NCBI RefSeq assembly: GCF_037042905.1
Contig: NC_087251.1
Coordinates: forward strand, 3,350,001-3,414,000
From: Lytechinus pictus
Lineage: Eukaryota
Length of the DNA stretch: 64,000 nt
Direction of reading: 5' to 3'
Shown here: in pieces, positions 42,065-56,500 of the stretch
Layout: each line of letters begins with the position of its first letter
How positions within the stretch are numbered: position 1 is the first letter of the stretch
Notes under the pieces: model-generated
Told to the model about the DNA's origin: nothing
Databases searched by the model: none
The model's input: only the letters and a program-made list of their open reading frames with translations
Made by a program: the position numbers and the translations under genes

Positions 42065-44229
42065 TATCCATCATCAACATGTGTTTGAGGGACACGGCAT
42101 ACATGCTATACCGGTATGCTATCCTGCTATACCGGTATTTGCTCCTGTCTTAATATTTCCTAGAGCAGAGGGTTAGAGTTACATGTAGGATTGTAAAACA
42201 GTTTATGGGGTTCAGAATAATGTAAAGATTAGGATTGGGGTTTATATAGTTTTGGAGGCTGAGTTATTACTAAGAGCAACTGTTATGGAACTGTGTTTGA
42301 AGCTCCTTACAGAACCCATTTCCTGTGATTGAGGTATCAAATTAAAGAGTAAGCCTAAATATTGCACTTCAGACATGCAATTTTCTTTTAGGTCTCTTTT
42401 CGTCAAATTGTTTTTATTCTCTCATGCGTGAATGAGGAATTGTTTTGTGATTTAGTCATGATAAATCATTGATAGTTATTTTTTGTGGGATGTTCTGTTT
42501 AATTTCTTGTTCCAGACTCATACTATAGACCAAGACACTTTCCCTTCTGTGTGAGCTGTTCCTAATGTACGTACACATATACAGAACTGCTGTTCACAAG
42601 ATAATGTGCCGGCCTGCCAATAGCATAGGCTATAGATAGTGCTCATCCTAATTTGCCCAGCACACATCATTTTCTTTCTCATGCAAGCATTTCCATCGGC
42701 TATTGCATGTATAAAGCACATTCAAATGTGATACAACTTCATGATTGTGCTCTACATATTTTCCATTTTTCTTATTACATACATAGAACATGGGTATTTT
42801 ATTACCCACTTACATGTACATGTACTTTACTTGAAGCTGCTTGTAGTATTATGCTTCATTTTAATTCCTTATACTAGCACAAAAAATATTGGAGCCGGAA
42901 TTGGCTGCAGCCTCCCCACCCCCCCCCCCCCATACAAGTAAAATCATGGGGCATAGTAGGCTTCCTTGTGTACACTGCAAGCAGGGGCATTGCTTGCTAC
43001 AGAGGGGGGGGGGGGGGGCAACCATCCACTGTAATTTTCATGCACAGTGGAATAAAATATTTATTTATTTTTTCCTATTTCTGTTCATTTCAAATTACCT
43101 TTCACATTTAGAACCAGAAAGTAATTTGAATAGGGGCTACATTGTAATTACAATATTTTTGACATTTTTTAGGGGGGGTACAGCTTTCATCCCCCATAAG
43201 CATGGATATTAATTGAAACACACTATGCATGTTAACATCATATATATATTATTTTAGAAGATATATTTTTTAACTCCCTGCAAAAGACTATACTAGGGCT
43301 TACGTGTAAAAGATTCAACCCTAAAAAAAATAACCAACCAAAAAATTGAAAAGATTTCCACAATAGTCAAAAGTAATGACTAAAGCCTATTTTGTCAACC
43401 TTAACAGAGTAAATCATGCTTACCCAATATTCATGACTGGTAATTCTACTGGAACACGCTGCATACGGGAAATCCAAATACACAGTTAATAGACAGTCCG
43501 ATTAATCAGCAACTTCTATGTGTAATTTAATTCACTTGCTATTGCACTCTGTGAATCAACTACATGAACGATATAATTTATATTAAGCTGATTGTTAAGC
43601 AGTATACAATGCAGGATCAAAGTACAAGTTTGCTCTTCAACTGCAAAGTTTATCAGCTGATTTCAAACATAGCATGTAGGCCTATTACATGTACCTCACA
43701 CCAGACAAGAATAGCTAGTCCTGTGAAAATAGCTAAACACAAAGAGTCTCAGGAACTAGAGGTATATACACAAATATTGTGAAGATTCTGTATACAAACT
43801 TAGTCACTAAAAGTTCACTCAAAATGTATGAACAAATGCATGATGGCTCAATAGGTTTTTCACAAACATGTATTGAGGGGTGGGGCATGTACAGGTCATA
43901 ATGTTCATGCAAATGTTACAATATTACAGTATGTAGTGCATCGAGGCATGAAATTTAATTCAAGTTTATTGCTATGTGCATTTAGATTTGTAGAAAAAAA
44001 TATTAAAGCAAAATAGTGCACATTATGTAGCTTTACATTAGCTAGATGTACATGTACATTTGAACAATGGTTTATCAGCAGTGGCTTGCGTAGGATTGAA
44101 TAGATTCAAAGGTCCAACTACTGAATAGACCTTACTGTATTATCATCATTCATTATTTCCAAATTTCTCATTGAAAAAGAAATAGGGAGCCAGCATCCAC
44201 ATTTGTATTGAAAAAAAAAACATGTTTAA

Positions 44230-44834
44230 AGGACAAGTCAACCCCAACAAAAAGTTGATTTAAAAAAAAAAGAGAAAAATCCAACAAGCATAACACTGAA
44301 AATTTCATCAAAAATCTGATGTAAAATAACAAAGTTATGACATTTTAAAGTTTTGTTTTAATTTCACAAAACAGTTTATATGCACATCCTGGTTGGTATG
44401 CAAATGAGGAGACTGATGATGTCATCCACTCACTATTTTTTTTAATTTTGTTATATGAAATATGAAGTATTGATTCTATTTTTCTCCTCATTGTCAAGTG
44501 AAACAGAGATTAATTCCTCCCTGAATATGTTGAATTAGCATTATTTTAATACTACATATTCAGTCAAGTTGGCCCTTATTGTCAAATCTGTAAAAAATGA
44601 AATATTGTATAATTAAAAAAATAATAAAAAAATAGTGAGTGAGGGACATCGACTTCCATTTGCATGTCAATGAGATGTGCATATAACTGTTTTGTGAAAA
44701 ATAAGCAAAACTTTAAATAAAATGTCATAACTTTCTTATTTTACATCCGATTTTCATGAAATTTTCAGCATTATGCTAGTTTGATTTTTTCTCTATTGAT
44801 TCGAATCCAAATTTCTCTGGGGTGTACTTGACTT
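44230..44834. mobile_element. Kolobok/T2-type MITE family A, degraded right end
   Basis: Aligns by eye to 36128-36717. Confidence 0.8.
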
Positions 44835-45675
44835 TTACAGGGGAAGTTCATTGTGACCATTTTTTTTAAGCTTGCAGTTAACAACAGAAAAAAAATATTG
44901 GTGAAGGTTGAAAAAAATTCATCAAAGAATACAAGAGTTATGAAATTAAGAATTTTTCATTTGTGATGTCATATCAGCAGCTTCCCCATAGATAATACAC
45001 ATGTAATATAAATTCCATGAATGATATTTCTTTCAATGAAACATGTAGAATAAAAATACAATATATATATTGGGGGTTCAATAGATGTGTCTGATGATAT
45101 ATCAACTGCAAAAACAAAATCACTTTCATTTTTTGTTTTTGTTTAGAAAATCAAATTTAAAAATATCTCACACAACATGCAAGTCTGTGACATAAAAAAA
45201 ATCAAATACTTTAATAAAGAAGAATTTAACCTGTGGAAAAGTTAACTTGTGTGAAAGCAGAAATATAAAAGAATTACATGTAGATTACCGGTAATGAGAG
45301 TTTTGAAATAATTAGACATGCACTATGAGAGTTACATTCATGTACCTGTATACAAATGATGAATGGGTTAGAGTGGGTCAGTAGGAAGTGTGTGCACAAG
45401 GTAACTTTGGCATGGTTTAGACCAGCCATTCTCAATTACTTTTTTTGAAGCGCCACATTTCTTGTTGAGAATCTGTAATGCTCCACTATCCATTACGCAA
45501 ACCAGCAATGTATCAGCGGAGGGGGTCCAGAGGCCCCTGGTGGGGGTCGAGGGGGCAGAGCCCCCAGAAGTTTTGGAATATTAGGCCTTTTAAATTGCCC
45601 AGAGGGGCTCTAATTAATATCAACAGAAGAAATACAAATGCCAACAAACTACACAATATTAATATTAAAAGAAAA

Positions 45676-47375
45676 ACTAGATTTTAATTCGTCATGCGGA
45701 CGAATTAGGTGGTCTGTCCTTATTCTCGCCATCATGATCACTATTACCATGTTCAAGCAGATCAATGTGATCTTCATGATGACAACGGAATGTTCATTAT
45801 GGATGGAATATTTGTGAAAGTCGGGAGATGATAAAGAACTGTGAAAAGGGTCTCTTTGATATATGAAAATACATGTGATATGAAAATAGTAATTATAATC
45901 TGTTTAATCTTGCTAAATTTTAACTTTCATACCTTTTAAATACCAAAAAGGATCATGTACGAGGTGGTAAAAAGAAAAAAAAAAAGAAAAAAAAAATCAT
46001 GTTGTTCACCCCAGGACTCGAACCTGCGCCCCGAGAACTCAAGTCAAGTGCGTTATCCATTGAGCCACGATATTCCCCATAGAGATTACACGTTCCCATA
46101 GAGATTACACGTAAGCAAATTTGAGAATTGCAAATCCAATTTTGCAAGCGAAAAACGGGCATGATCCTGGCATCTGATCGAAAAATGGAGTGCACATTTC
46201 CGAAAGCTGAGAATCTCAGCTACAACATATTCAAAGCTCAGAGATAATTGATAAAAGAAAATGGATATATAGCTCACGAATTAGAGGAATGTAGAATCTA
46301 GTTTTGAGAAAAAGTCATGTCCCATAGAGATTACACGTAAAATGAGGAAAAATGACATGCCTCTTTTCATCGCAATTTTACACCATGATGCGTTTTTCAA
46401 AATGAAAATTCATGGTTACTGACGAGAAAGAGTACATTCTTAACTACAACTTATCGAAATCTGGGCGACAAATGATCAATATTCACGGAGTTATGATCAA
46501 ATTTGCATAAATTTGATGACGTCATTTTTGAAAAAATAAAATTTTCAGTTTAGGCGCACTTTTGATGACGTCATGATCAAATTGAGGGACAATGATGACA
46601 TGAAATCAAATCTACAACTCATACTCTATCGATATATGAAAAAAAATTGGGGGTCAACGGACTATTTAAAGAGCTACAGTGAATTTTTAATAGGCATGTT
46701 TTTGCCCATATATGGCCTATAGTAAGAGCTCGCGCGCACACGTGCTGCAAACTTTAACGGGTGTTAATTTCGTTATTAATGGTCGTAGAAGGTTGATCAA
46801 GGTATCAAATTGCTCAGAATTATATTATCAATGCAACGATATAAAAAAAACGGCGTTCCTGCGTTGCGTTGAAGGCGTTACGCGCGGAAACGCGCGCGCA
46901 TACCTGTGCGTGCGCAAATTTTTGAAATGCTTAAAATGACCTGAAACGTACTTTACTTTGGTCAAAAAGTGATTTTGAGCATTTTAAAAATTTGACGAGC
47001 GCGTACGCGCGCGTCGTGACCTCCAGGTGACCTTTGATGACATGACCTGTTGCCCCTTGACCTGAAGTTGATGTGATGTTAATTTGATTTATTTTTGATA
47101 ATTAATAATGGAGATATGATCGACAATGTGATTTTACAAAATGGCGCCTGGATGACGTCATCATGACCTGATGACCTTGAAAAAGTTGATTTTTCTTGAA
47201 ATCATAGGGCTTGATGACTGACAGAAATTTGAAGGAAATTGACCCTGTCGATTTCGAGTGAACGTGTGTACAAAAAAGTGTACGGAAGAAATAAAAATAA
47301 ATAAATAAATAAATAAAGAAAGAAAATTCTGGCGAAATCAATAGGTGATCTGTCATAGACAGACCACCTAATTAC
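45676..47375 (+). mobile_element. Helentron/HINE-like element
   Basis: 16-bp subTIR aattaggtggtctgtc (45703-45718) / gacagaccacctaatt (47358-47373), 3' hairpin, (aaat)n microsatellite. Confidence 0.7.
46002..46069 (-). pseudogene. tRNA-derived sequence (Pol III A/B boxes)
   Basis: Minus strand cgtggctcaatggataacgcac...ggttcgagtcctgg; no convincing acceptor stem. Confidence 0.6.
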
Positions 47376-47447
47376 CAGTGACTTTTTCACAACATACCAA
47401 TGATACCACTAGTTCAAACTGTTTTGCACCAGATCTATTGGCTGAAG

Positions 47448-47662
47448 CAAGTGGCGTATAATGAGTAAAAAAAAATGAGGGGGCAAGATATGGCAGCTGA
47501 AGCAAAAATATTGAACTTTTCAATACAAAAATCTATATTTTGACATAATATTAAGAAAATAATACAATGTTCCACTCTTTCCTTTTCTTTCCTTTTCTCC
47601 TTTTTTTCTTGGCCGTGAAACACTTGGGGGCCCCCAATCCCCACCCCCATCTGTACGCCAGT
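47448..47662. mobile_element. Small hAT-like MITE
   Basis: ggctgaag duplicated on both sides; gtggcgta ... tacgccagt ends. Confidence 0.6.
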
Positions 47663-50600
47663 GGCTGAAGTTACGTTCCCCGATTTTGCAAGGGCTGAAA
47701 ATTAGGCGTTGCACTGCACTGACGCCCCAAACTGCCCCTCTCTCTCTCTCTCTCTACAACTCGTGTTAAGCAAGAGTGCATGCAGGCAATCACGGCAGGC
47801 AATACATCTGACCATACATGTATTTCACTTTTACAACTTCAGATTTTAATCGGCTCCGGAAACAAAGTTTCTGCTTGTTATGTCCCAAATTCATAATCTT
47901 TTATGATCAGGATGTACTTTGAATATCATATTATTTGATGTTTAACTCTTAACCAAAACGTATACTCTGGAAATGGAAAATTTCTCGCCGTTGAAAGAGA
48001 AATCCTACAAACGGGGTTTTCAAATCACTTGTGTGGCACATTAACTTTGTACAGCATAGAATAAATAAAAAGGAGAACACCATCGACCCTCCATATAATA
48101 GGGGTTATCGAGTGCTAAATTGGACAAAATTTGAGGAAATCAATTAGCAATTAAGTGTCAAGTAAAGAGTTTTTGTTTTCTCTTTGTATTAAAATGATCA
48201 CCAAATCCTTATTTCCAGGTTACTGGCAGATATATTTTTTCTCACTAATTTTTCTTTATTTTTACTCTCTTTTTTTATACCTGCTCCCGAGCGCCACTCC
48301 GCAATGCTCGGTGCGCCACAAGTGGCGCGCGCGCCACCATTTGAGAATCCCTGGTTTAGACCATAATGCCAAAGTTACCTTGTGCACACAGTTCCACTGA
48401 CCCACGAAAGAAACCCATGCATCATCTGTTTTATAGAATGGAAAAAATTTATTGAATAAACCACAAAAATTAATGATTTACCGGATGCATGATAATTTCA
48501 TGCGTCCGGTAAATTCAATTTACCGGACGCATGATTTTTTTTACCGGACGCATGATTTATTTACCGTATGCATGAAAATTCCAAAATGTAATGCAGACCC
48601 TTTGATAACCCTGGACAACATAAATATGTAATGCCTAACTTGATAATATGTTGGCGCAAAGGCATTATTATACCCAAAATGCCAGATACAGCTTTACATT
48701 GACTACATGTAGATATGAGGCAGCCTCAGACCTCCAATAGCTGTGTGTGTATCTGTATGCCCGGGCTGCGCCGGGGGCCAGCGCCTACGGCTGCCTGGGC
48801 CTGCAGTGGAGATTTGGCTGTGCACAGCCAGTCCAGTGCAGTAGATCTAACGTTAGATCGTATGTCTGGACTTCTCAACTAATGAGTATGCGGGCAGTTT
48901 TAATCTTATGACAATTACGGTACCGTATTTGTACTTACAGATCATTTTGCATCCTTTATTTGATTCATTCTGCCTAGCCTTGATCGAAACTTCAAAATTT
49001 TGACGTAAACAAGCGTAACAGTACATGCGCGATGACATCACAATGACCTCTTCGGGCGATAGCTTGTTTACAGTGAATATCGTTTTGATTATCGGGATAT
49101 CGTTCATGCAGCCCAGTAAAAATTCTTGCATAGCTCTCAACCAATCAGATTGCAGGGATTTTCTCATCCATTCTATAATATGAGCATTTGAATGTTGAGA
49201 TCACTATTACAAATGGAGATCCTCTCATTGACAATGCAAACAAGATTTGTGATGTCAAACTCGTACAACTTTCCCCTCTGGACACATACATGTACATCTA
49301 CCCCAAAACATCTCTTTTTTTGCTAATTTTAATGAGATAGGTCAAGCAATTCGTCAATGAATAATATTTGTTGTAAAACCTGCATTTCATGTACATGTCC
49401 TCTCATAAAAATGAGCACTTTGTCTTATGATAGACTAGATCTAGAGAAAATCTATTAAGTGAGATGTACATGTATAAAAAAATAACTGAGCTTGGTCCCA
49501 TTGCCAGCCAATAAGAAGATTTATCGCATTCATAATCTCTATGTTTAATTCAAGTGCTCATAACTTTCATAGTATTTCAGCAATCTTCCTCAAACTTTTG
49601 GTGATTTGTTTCTTTGAATATATATGAATTCAACTGGTTTCAAGGGTTTCATTAATATACATCAGTCCTTCACGTTTATAATTTTGTGGAGCTCAATAAA
49701 TCGCTCTCATTATTTTTTTGAGGAGCTCAATTGAGCTCCTCAAAATCGCTCTCCTTGACTTGAGCAGCTCAAATCAATACAATACATGTATGATAAATTA
49801 TAGATTTTTCTAAAAATTGTAAATGCAATAGCTGTGTACATGTAGCTATTAATTAATCTGTGGAGAAACTAGGCCTGGGTCAATACGTTTACAAAATATC
49901 GCGCTCCTGCTAAAAAAAACAAAAAAAAACTGTACAAAAAATTGCTAAAATTTCGCATTTTATTTTTACATCTTTAAATCCATGAAATGGCCATCTATTT
50001 TCCATAATTCCTTGAAATTACTTTGATTTTATAGTTGAAAACTATCAGTGAAATGAAGCTCTTTCTTAACTCTGATTGATGATACAATCAGTAAATATTG
50101 TAGTCCCATGTAGACTTCCATGGTGTTTTTTTTTCAACACATGAAGGTCTACATATGGGACTACAATATTTACCAAGTTTAAAATCAAACCAGAGTCGGG
50201 AAAGAGGTGAATATTCTTAATTTTTTCAGTAATTTCCAACTAAATCAAAATAATTTCAAGGAATTATGGAAAACAGATGCCTATTTCATGAAGATGTAAT
50301 ATGTGAAATTTTAGCAACTTTATGTGAAGGTTTTTTTTTTTTTTTTTAAGGAGCGCGATATTCTGTTCTCCTTTTTTTAATTTAGGAGCGCGGTAGGAGC
50401 GCCGGGACGATCGCGCTCCTCAAAAATGAAGGTTTGATACATGTAAATTTGTTGCATTTGTTGTTCTTTGCCAGATATTCATCAAACCTTCACCAATATT
50501 TAGGTGAAACAGTTCTGTGCATGTCTTCATAAATAAGCAATGGGCAAGTTGATGATGTCATCATCATCTCCCAACATATTCTTTCATACACTACATGTAT

Positions 50601-53570
50601 TTTATTACAAGATATTGTATTTATTCAAATTTTGTCATCCAAGAATGCAAAAAAATTGCTTTAGTGTTTAATAATGGTGTATAAGATAATACATGTAGTT
50701 GCTGAAACTAAATAGGGCCTTTCACACACATGCATGAAATGTTAAATAAATACAATAAAAAGGAAAGTAGGGACATGACATGATGGAATAATTTTTCTTT
50801 TCAAAATATCAAACTATAAAATTTAATGATTTTGATGAATTTCTCAGCCAGCCTGTTCTCTGCATATTAGTCTTTTTTTTTCTATTGAAGCCTACATTTA
50901 TTCAGATACACTTTATCATTACTTTTAACTTGGATTAGCCCTTACCCTATAATGCTTTCATCTCTTTAACAACAGGAGATTCACTTGGGAAAAAAAAGTG
51001 AACAGGAACATATATAGGCCTATCAAATACCCCCCCCCCCCCCCCCGCTCCTTTCTTATTTCAACATGTTATGTACAACAATTTAACCATGGAGTAATAC
51101 ATGTAGCTCCATGTTTTAACTATTTCTTTCTAGGGCAGCAAATCAGTATTCAATTCAAGAAATACAGGCAGCCAGCATCATTAATTAAACTTCCACTACA
51201 CTGCTTCAATTTAATCCACTTATCTTTGGTCATCACTTATCTGCAGATAAAGCTGATAAACTAAATTTGTCATGCAAAGTTCATCAGAATGGCATGTATC
51301 CTAGGATTATAATTTACAGCATGAACCTGTACTCAGATAATGCAGATTGGCAATACATGTACACTGTAACATGTACATGTACACTGTAACATGTACATGT
51401 ACATGTGCTCTGTAAAGAAATCTGCCAAAGGAAAACTAAGCAAAATTGCAAATTAACAACATTTATTCTAATCTCATTCTTTTTCTTTTGATTTCAACCA
51501 AAGAAAAAACATGAAATGTCCTTTCTTGCATGGGCTGAGAGCTGTTTGTTTTTCACCAATGGGCAGATAATCCAGTTAAAAAATAGAGAGTGAAATAATG
51601 AACAGGTGTATAAAATCCCTGAAATATATGAAATAAAAGAAATTATGGTAAATGAATAGGCTTAAATAACTTATAAAACATGAAAAATAAGAGGCTAAAA
51701 ATATGAAAAAATCAAGAAAAATTATATCGAATACAGAAAACTAAAAAGAAAGGTTGTATAGAAATCATCATTTACATGTAAATGTAAAAATCAGCAATAT
51801 TTAAAGGGTCTCCAGGAATTTTCCAGTCCCCATCAGGCATCAGCTTCGAATGCTTTTCAGATAGTGATGAATTTTAAAGGGGTACTACAGGATGAAAATA
51901 ATATAATTTGAAAATTTCATCAAAAAAGTTATTTCAATTCAAACTTTTGCATGTTTCTAATAGCGGAACAGTTCTACAATGTACATGTATATGCCTGGCA
52001 ATGAGCAAGCTGATATCATACATGTATCCCCACTTTTTTCTATTATCATTATGAAATCGTTTCTTCAAATTTTGTCCTCCAAGAATTGAAAAAAAAATAT
52101 TGACTATTGATTCAATATTTCAATGTGTAAGATAATTATTGCTGCAACTTATTTTGTTGCATGGGACTCTTGGGAGACATACATGTACCATACTCATATA
52201 TGAAATAATTATGATTTTAAGAAAGTAAGGACATGACATCCGCCCATCTATTGCATTTTCATGACATCATGATGCCATAAATTCTAGATTATTCAACTAA
52301 TTTCATTTTTTGTGATCAGATTTTGATGGAACTTTCAGGGTTTTGTTTGCTTAATTTTACTCTATTTAGATTATTTTCAGCCCGGAGTACCACCAGTAAG
52401 ACAGGTATTTTTTGGAGAATGACAAAATTTGTTATTCTATCTCATTATTCTTGGGTTGAGCTACAATTCAATGGTCCTCCCATCTATTTATTTCATTGCA
52501 GTTTACTGAGGCCTACCAGTAAAATACACAGTAATAAAATTCTGATCTGAGCAAGTATAATATTCAGGTGCAAGCTTTTCGATATATACAGTAGTGCCCA
52601 CTTGCCATCAAATCTACTTGACCTATGAAAATTTAGTTTGTTTCTTTATTGCCGAAATTTACTTAGGTCCCATATCAATAGAATTTACGCTGTATCAATT
52701 CAGAACTGGAAAAATATTTTTTTCAAATAATTACACTGTAGCTATCAAGAGCAGCATTTAAATGTGTCTACAGGTGCTACATTGTCGGCTTAGCATAGAG
52801 TGTGGCTTGATGCTATTACCAATACACACACAAGTTAACTGATGGCATAATCATGTGCTCTATGAAGACATTATACCTTCACCTCACTCTGTACTTTCAT
52901 ACATGTACCTCCGCCTCGCTCCACACTTTTTGGATATCCAGCATTTACATGTAGGATTTTTGCTAAATTGAGGAGTGCATGGCATATTAGCTAATGTAGC
53001 TACTTAAATTGCCTGGATTCAGTTCATGTTTGAACTGAATTACAATGTATATGTAGATGTTGTCTACACAAAAGCCAACAAGAAAAACAAAATGTATGTG
53101 TAAACTTTCAAAACAAAAAAATTCTGAAATGAAGGAAAATCTTCAATAATTTAGTCAAACTTGTAACTAAAATCAACAAATGCATTAAACACGATACAAA
53201 CAACAAAGTCTAGTGTGAGCAAAAAAAACTTGACACCTCACGAATCCCCAATGTACATTGTAAGGGAAAATATGTTATTAACACATATATGTAGCAGTGT
53301 AGCCTAATTATTATAATATAAATGGCCTGAAGAGTCAGGACTCCAACATGTCCAAGGAGGCAATAAACCTAGTATTTTAATTACATTTTTATGATAAAAA
53401 TGAGTAAAATGTGATTTGCCTGCTGCTCAATTAGGAAAGATTCCTGTTCTCAAAATTGTTTTTAAAAGAACGAATTAAAACTTAAATCTACAATAAATAA
53501 AAGGTCAAATGAAAACACCTGGCTGTAACAATACATAGGTCAATGTACAGTATATTAACTTTATACTCAC

Positions 53571-53584
53571 TTGAGTCTTCCCAT
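53571..53584 (-). CDS. numb: Putative Numb start-codon exon (ATG GGA AGA CTC AA|), long isoform MGRLK...
   Basis: AAG-ATG-G Kozak-like context, donor AA|GTGAGT; phase 2 end exactly complements the 1-nt overhang of exon 24282-24564. 5' boundary unknown. Confidence 0.6.
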
Positions 53585-56500
53585 CTTGATTTCTTCTGAT
53601 ATGACTTTACTCTGTTGTTAACTAGTATAATACATGAGAAGAAGACCACTGTTTATATCCAATGAATATTCCACAATGTTTAGAGGTAAAGGTGGCGAGG
53701 ACATAGGTGGCACAGATACTTCATTCTACTTGTAGTTGTAGTATAACAAAACACAGCCAATGAGAGAATCCTCAATGTGTAGTACTTCCCTGTGCTAATA
53801 CAATACTGACTGACCAATAGTGCAGTTTGTGTATACAAAGTTTTAGGATGCTTCAGTAACCCCCCAAAACCCATGCAAATAACTTTCTCACATACCAGAG
53901 TGCTTAGGTTGAGATTAGAGTATTCAAACAGTGGGGGAGCATTTCAAATGGATTACCCAAGCCTGTCTGTGTTTTGTATGTATGCATGGTGAGCTACACT
54001 AAGCTAAATTGAGGGATGTATGGTCTACAGAACAATGCTTGTCTGCCATTTATCCTACAAAAGCTCTGCTTTCATGAAACATTCTGATTTTGAAGGTGAC
54101 TCATAATTACACTGCACTTCAATGAGTGCACGAGCAATACACTCTTTGGATAAACACAAATTAAGCAGTTGCTAAGTTTCACATAAGCTTAGGGCTCTGA
54201 AACACCCCTAAAACAAAATGGTATGTGCATTTACTACTCCTAATGGACCATCCCTATGGGGGTCATAACCTACCCCATGAAGCATCTCAAAACTATGCAA
54301 TCATTTCTATATGTACATGTACATGTATACCAAACTGGAATGAAACTAAAACCTAATTTCTGTTCAATCCAGTCTCAAATTGTTTATTCTAACGGGATTA
54401 CCTCAACACATTCCTGGAATCACATAACTCCATATTTAAGAGTTTTAGGGAAATGTTTCATTTTGGGGGGAAACACTGCATAAACCTGGTGTAAACACAC
54501 ATTTATTACCTCTTTGAATCACTGAGCAGTCAACAAGCCAGGTGAGGGGGTGTGTTATATTCAATTCTACAAACAGATTGTCACTATTCATCAAATGGAT
54601 TAGGTTCATTCTAGGAAAGATCAAAGGCTAGAAGTCCTAAAACCATTCTTTTACAGGAATTGTTCCCTCTATAAATCTAGTCTCAGCTCTTAAAAGGTAA
54701 ATTGAGATATAGGACACAAATACAATATGCAGGTACAAGAAAATAAGCCCCACTGCATTGGGCAATTTGGTGGATTATAAACCAATCAATATCTTTAGGG
54801 GTTGATAGGATAGATATCAAAGACCTCCTTGCCACAAGGTATCAAATCATCGCATTATGTTTTAGACCTGCCTACTATGAGAATGTATACATCTGTTTTC
54901 ATCTGAAAGGACTATTAAAGTTACTTCAATATTTTATTCATTATACTAATTTTTTCAAAAATAAACTTTATCCTATTTTTTCAAATTTCATCTTGAGTTT
55001 ATAAATGCACATTGATCAAAATGAATTTTATAAGAGTATTCATTAAAAGACAAACAAAAATAATAATAATAATAATACTTCTCTTATATAGCGCATAATA
55101 AACTGAAAGTTTCTCTATGCGCTTTACAATAAAGGATACAAAGTACATATACTACAAACAAAGAAAATAGACTTGTGAATTACAGAATTACTTAATATTT
55201 CAACTTACAAAAAAAAAAATGATGTCCAGGTACAGGTATTTCTTTCACAGGGGAAGTTCCCTCTGACATATAAGTTTGTTATAAAAATACCGGAAAAATA
55301 ATAAGAAATATATTTATGAAGGATTGAGGAAAATCAATTTAAAGATTGTTATTAGAATTTCAAGTTTTCAATTTGTGACATCATGGAGCTATTACAGAGA
55401 ACAGCTCCATGGTGACATCATATACAAGCAGCTGTCTCACATGTATTGCCATGTAATATAAAATGTATCGATTTCAATTTTTAATGGGAGATGGCTAGAA
55501 ATTTTCTTTTTTCAGGAGTGCCTGTGAAATAGATTGTTGATCAAAATGAAGGTACAATAAACCCTTCACCATACATGGGAAGCTGCTCTCATGTGATGTC
55601 TCAAATAAAAAGAAAATTCTAATAACTTTATAAATCTTTGATGGATTTTCCTCAAACGTTCTCAAATATTTGTTTTTCTATTTTTACAACAATCTGTTTA
55701 TCAGTGCATGGACCTATTTCCTTCAATCCATTGATCTAGATCATAATGGTATGCTCCCAGCACTCCTCAAATATAGGGAGTACGTACTATCCACAAAACT
55801 TCAAAAGGGTATAAAAGTGACAAAACAAATATGTGAAAATTTGTTAAGTCCCAAGGAAAAATCATGACAAAATATCACATTTTGCTAGACAAAATTTAAT
55901 ATTCATAAATTAATAAATATCCCTCCAAAACTATTTTACCCCAAAAACATTAATTAAAAAGAGGGTACTTTTGTTAAAATAAGATACTTTAACAAAATGT
56001 CAGATGAAATGTTTAATATAGCCTATAAAAGCCTGGTAAAAGGTCAATAATGTGAATTATAATCAAAATGGTGATTTTCCATGGATTGCTTTAACTTCTC
56101 GATTTAATATTTCAAAATGTATTTCCTGTGGGTAGTGGGGTTTATTTTCCCTCCACATCCTTGTCACATTTTCACTCCTTTATGAAGTCCTATGAAAGCA
56201 AAAGCAAAGGTTTCCAAATGAAAACAAACTCTTTCATGATCACAGAGGGCAGCAAATATGACCAAGGTAAAAACAGCATGATTTTATCAGTGAAGTACAA
56301 TGTTCAATTTGTTAAAATGTCATTGGAAATTAGTTGGATGTCATTCCATAAATTCCTATTAGTATCTACAGTAGGGTTTGACTGTAAATTCTAGTATTGT
56401 AAAGTTGTACAGTAAACATCATTAGCCTTCACAAAATACCTTCACATCATAACAATTTGATACTGTTCTCTTCCATGATTTTGTTAAGAATATAAGATGA

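Larger units (their letters stand above)
45423..48353. mobile_element. hAT-type non-autonomous element with nested insertions
   Basis: 8-bp TSD gtttagac (45415-45422, 48354-48361); TIR cag(cc)attctcaa / ttgagaat(cc)ctg. Confidence 0.8.

Noticed and set aside
46002..46069. Functional tRNA gene
   Set aside because: Acceptor and anticodon stems do not pair convincingly; treated as tRNA-derived.
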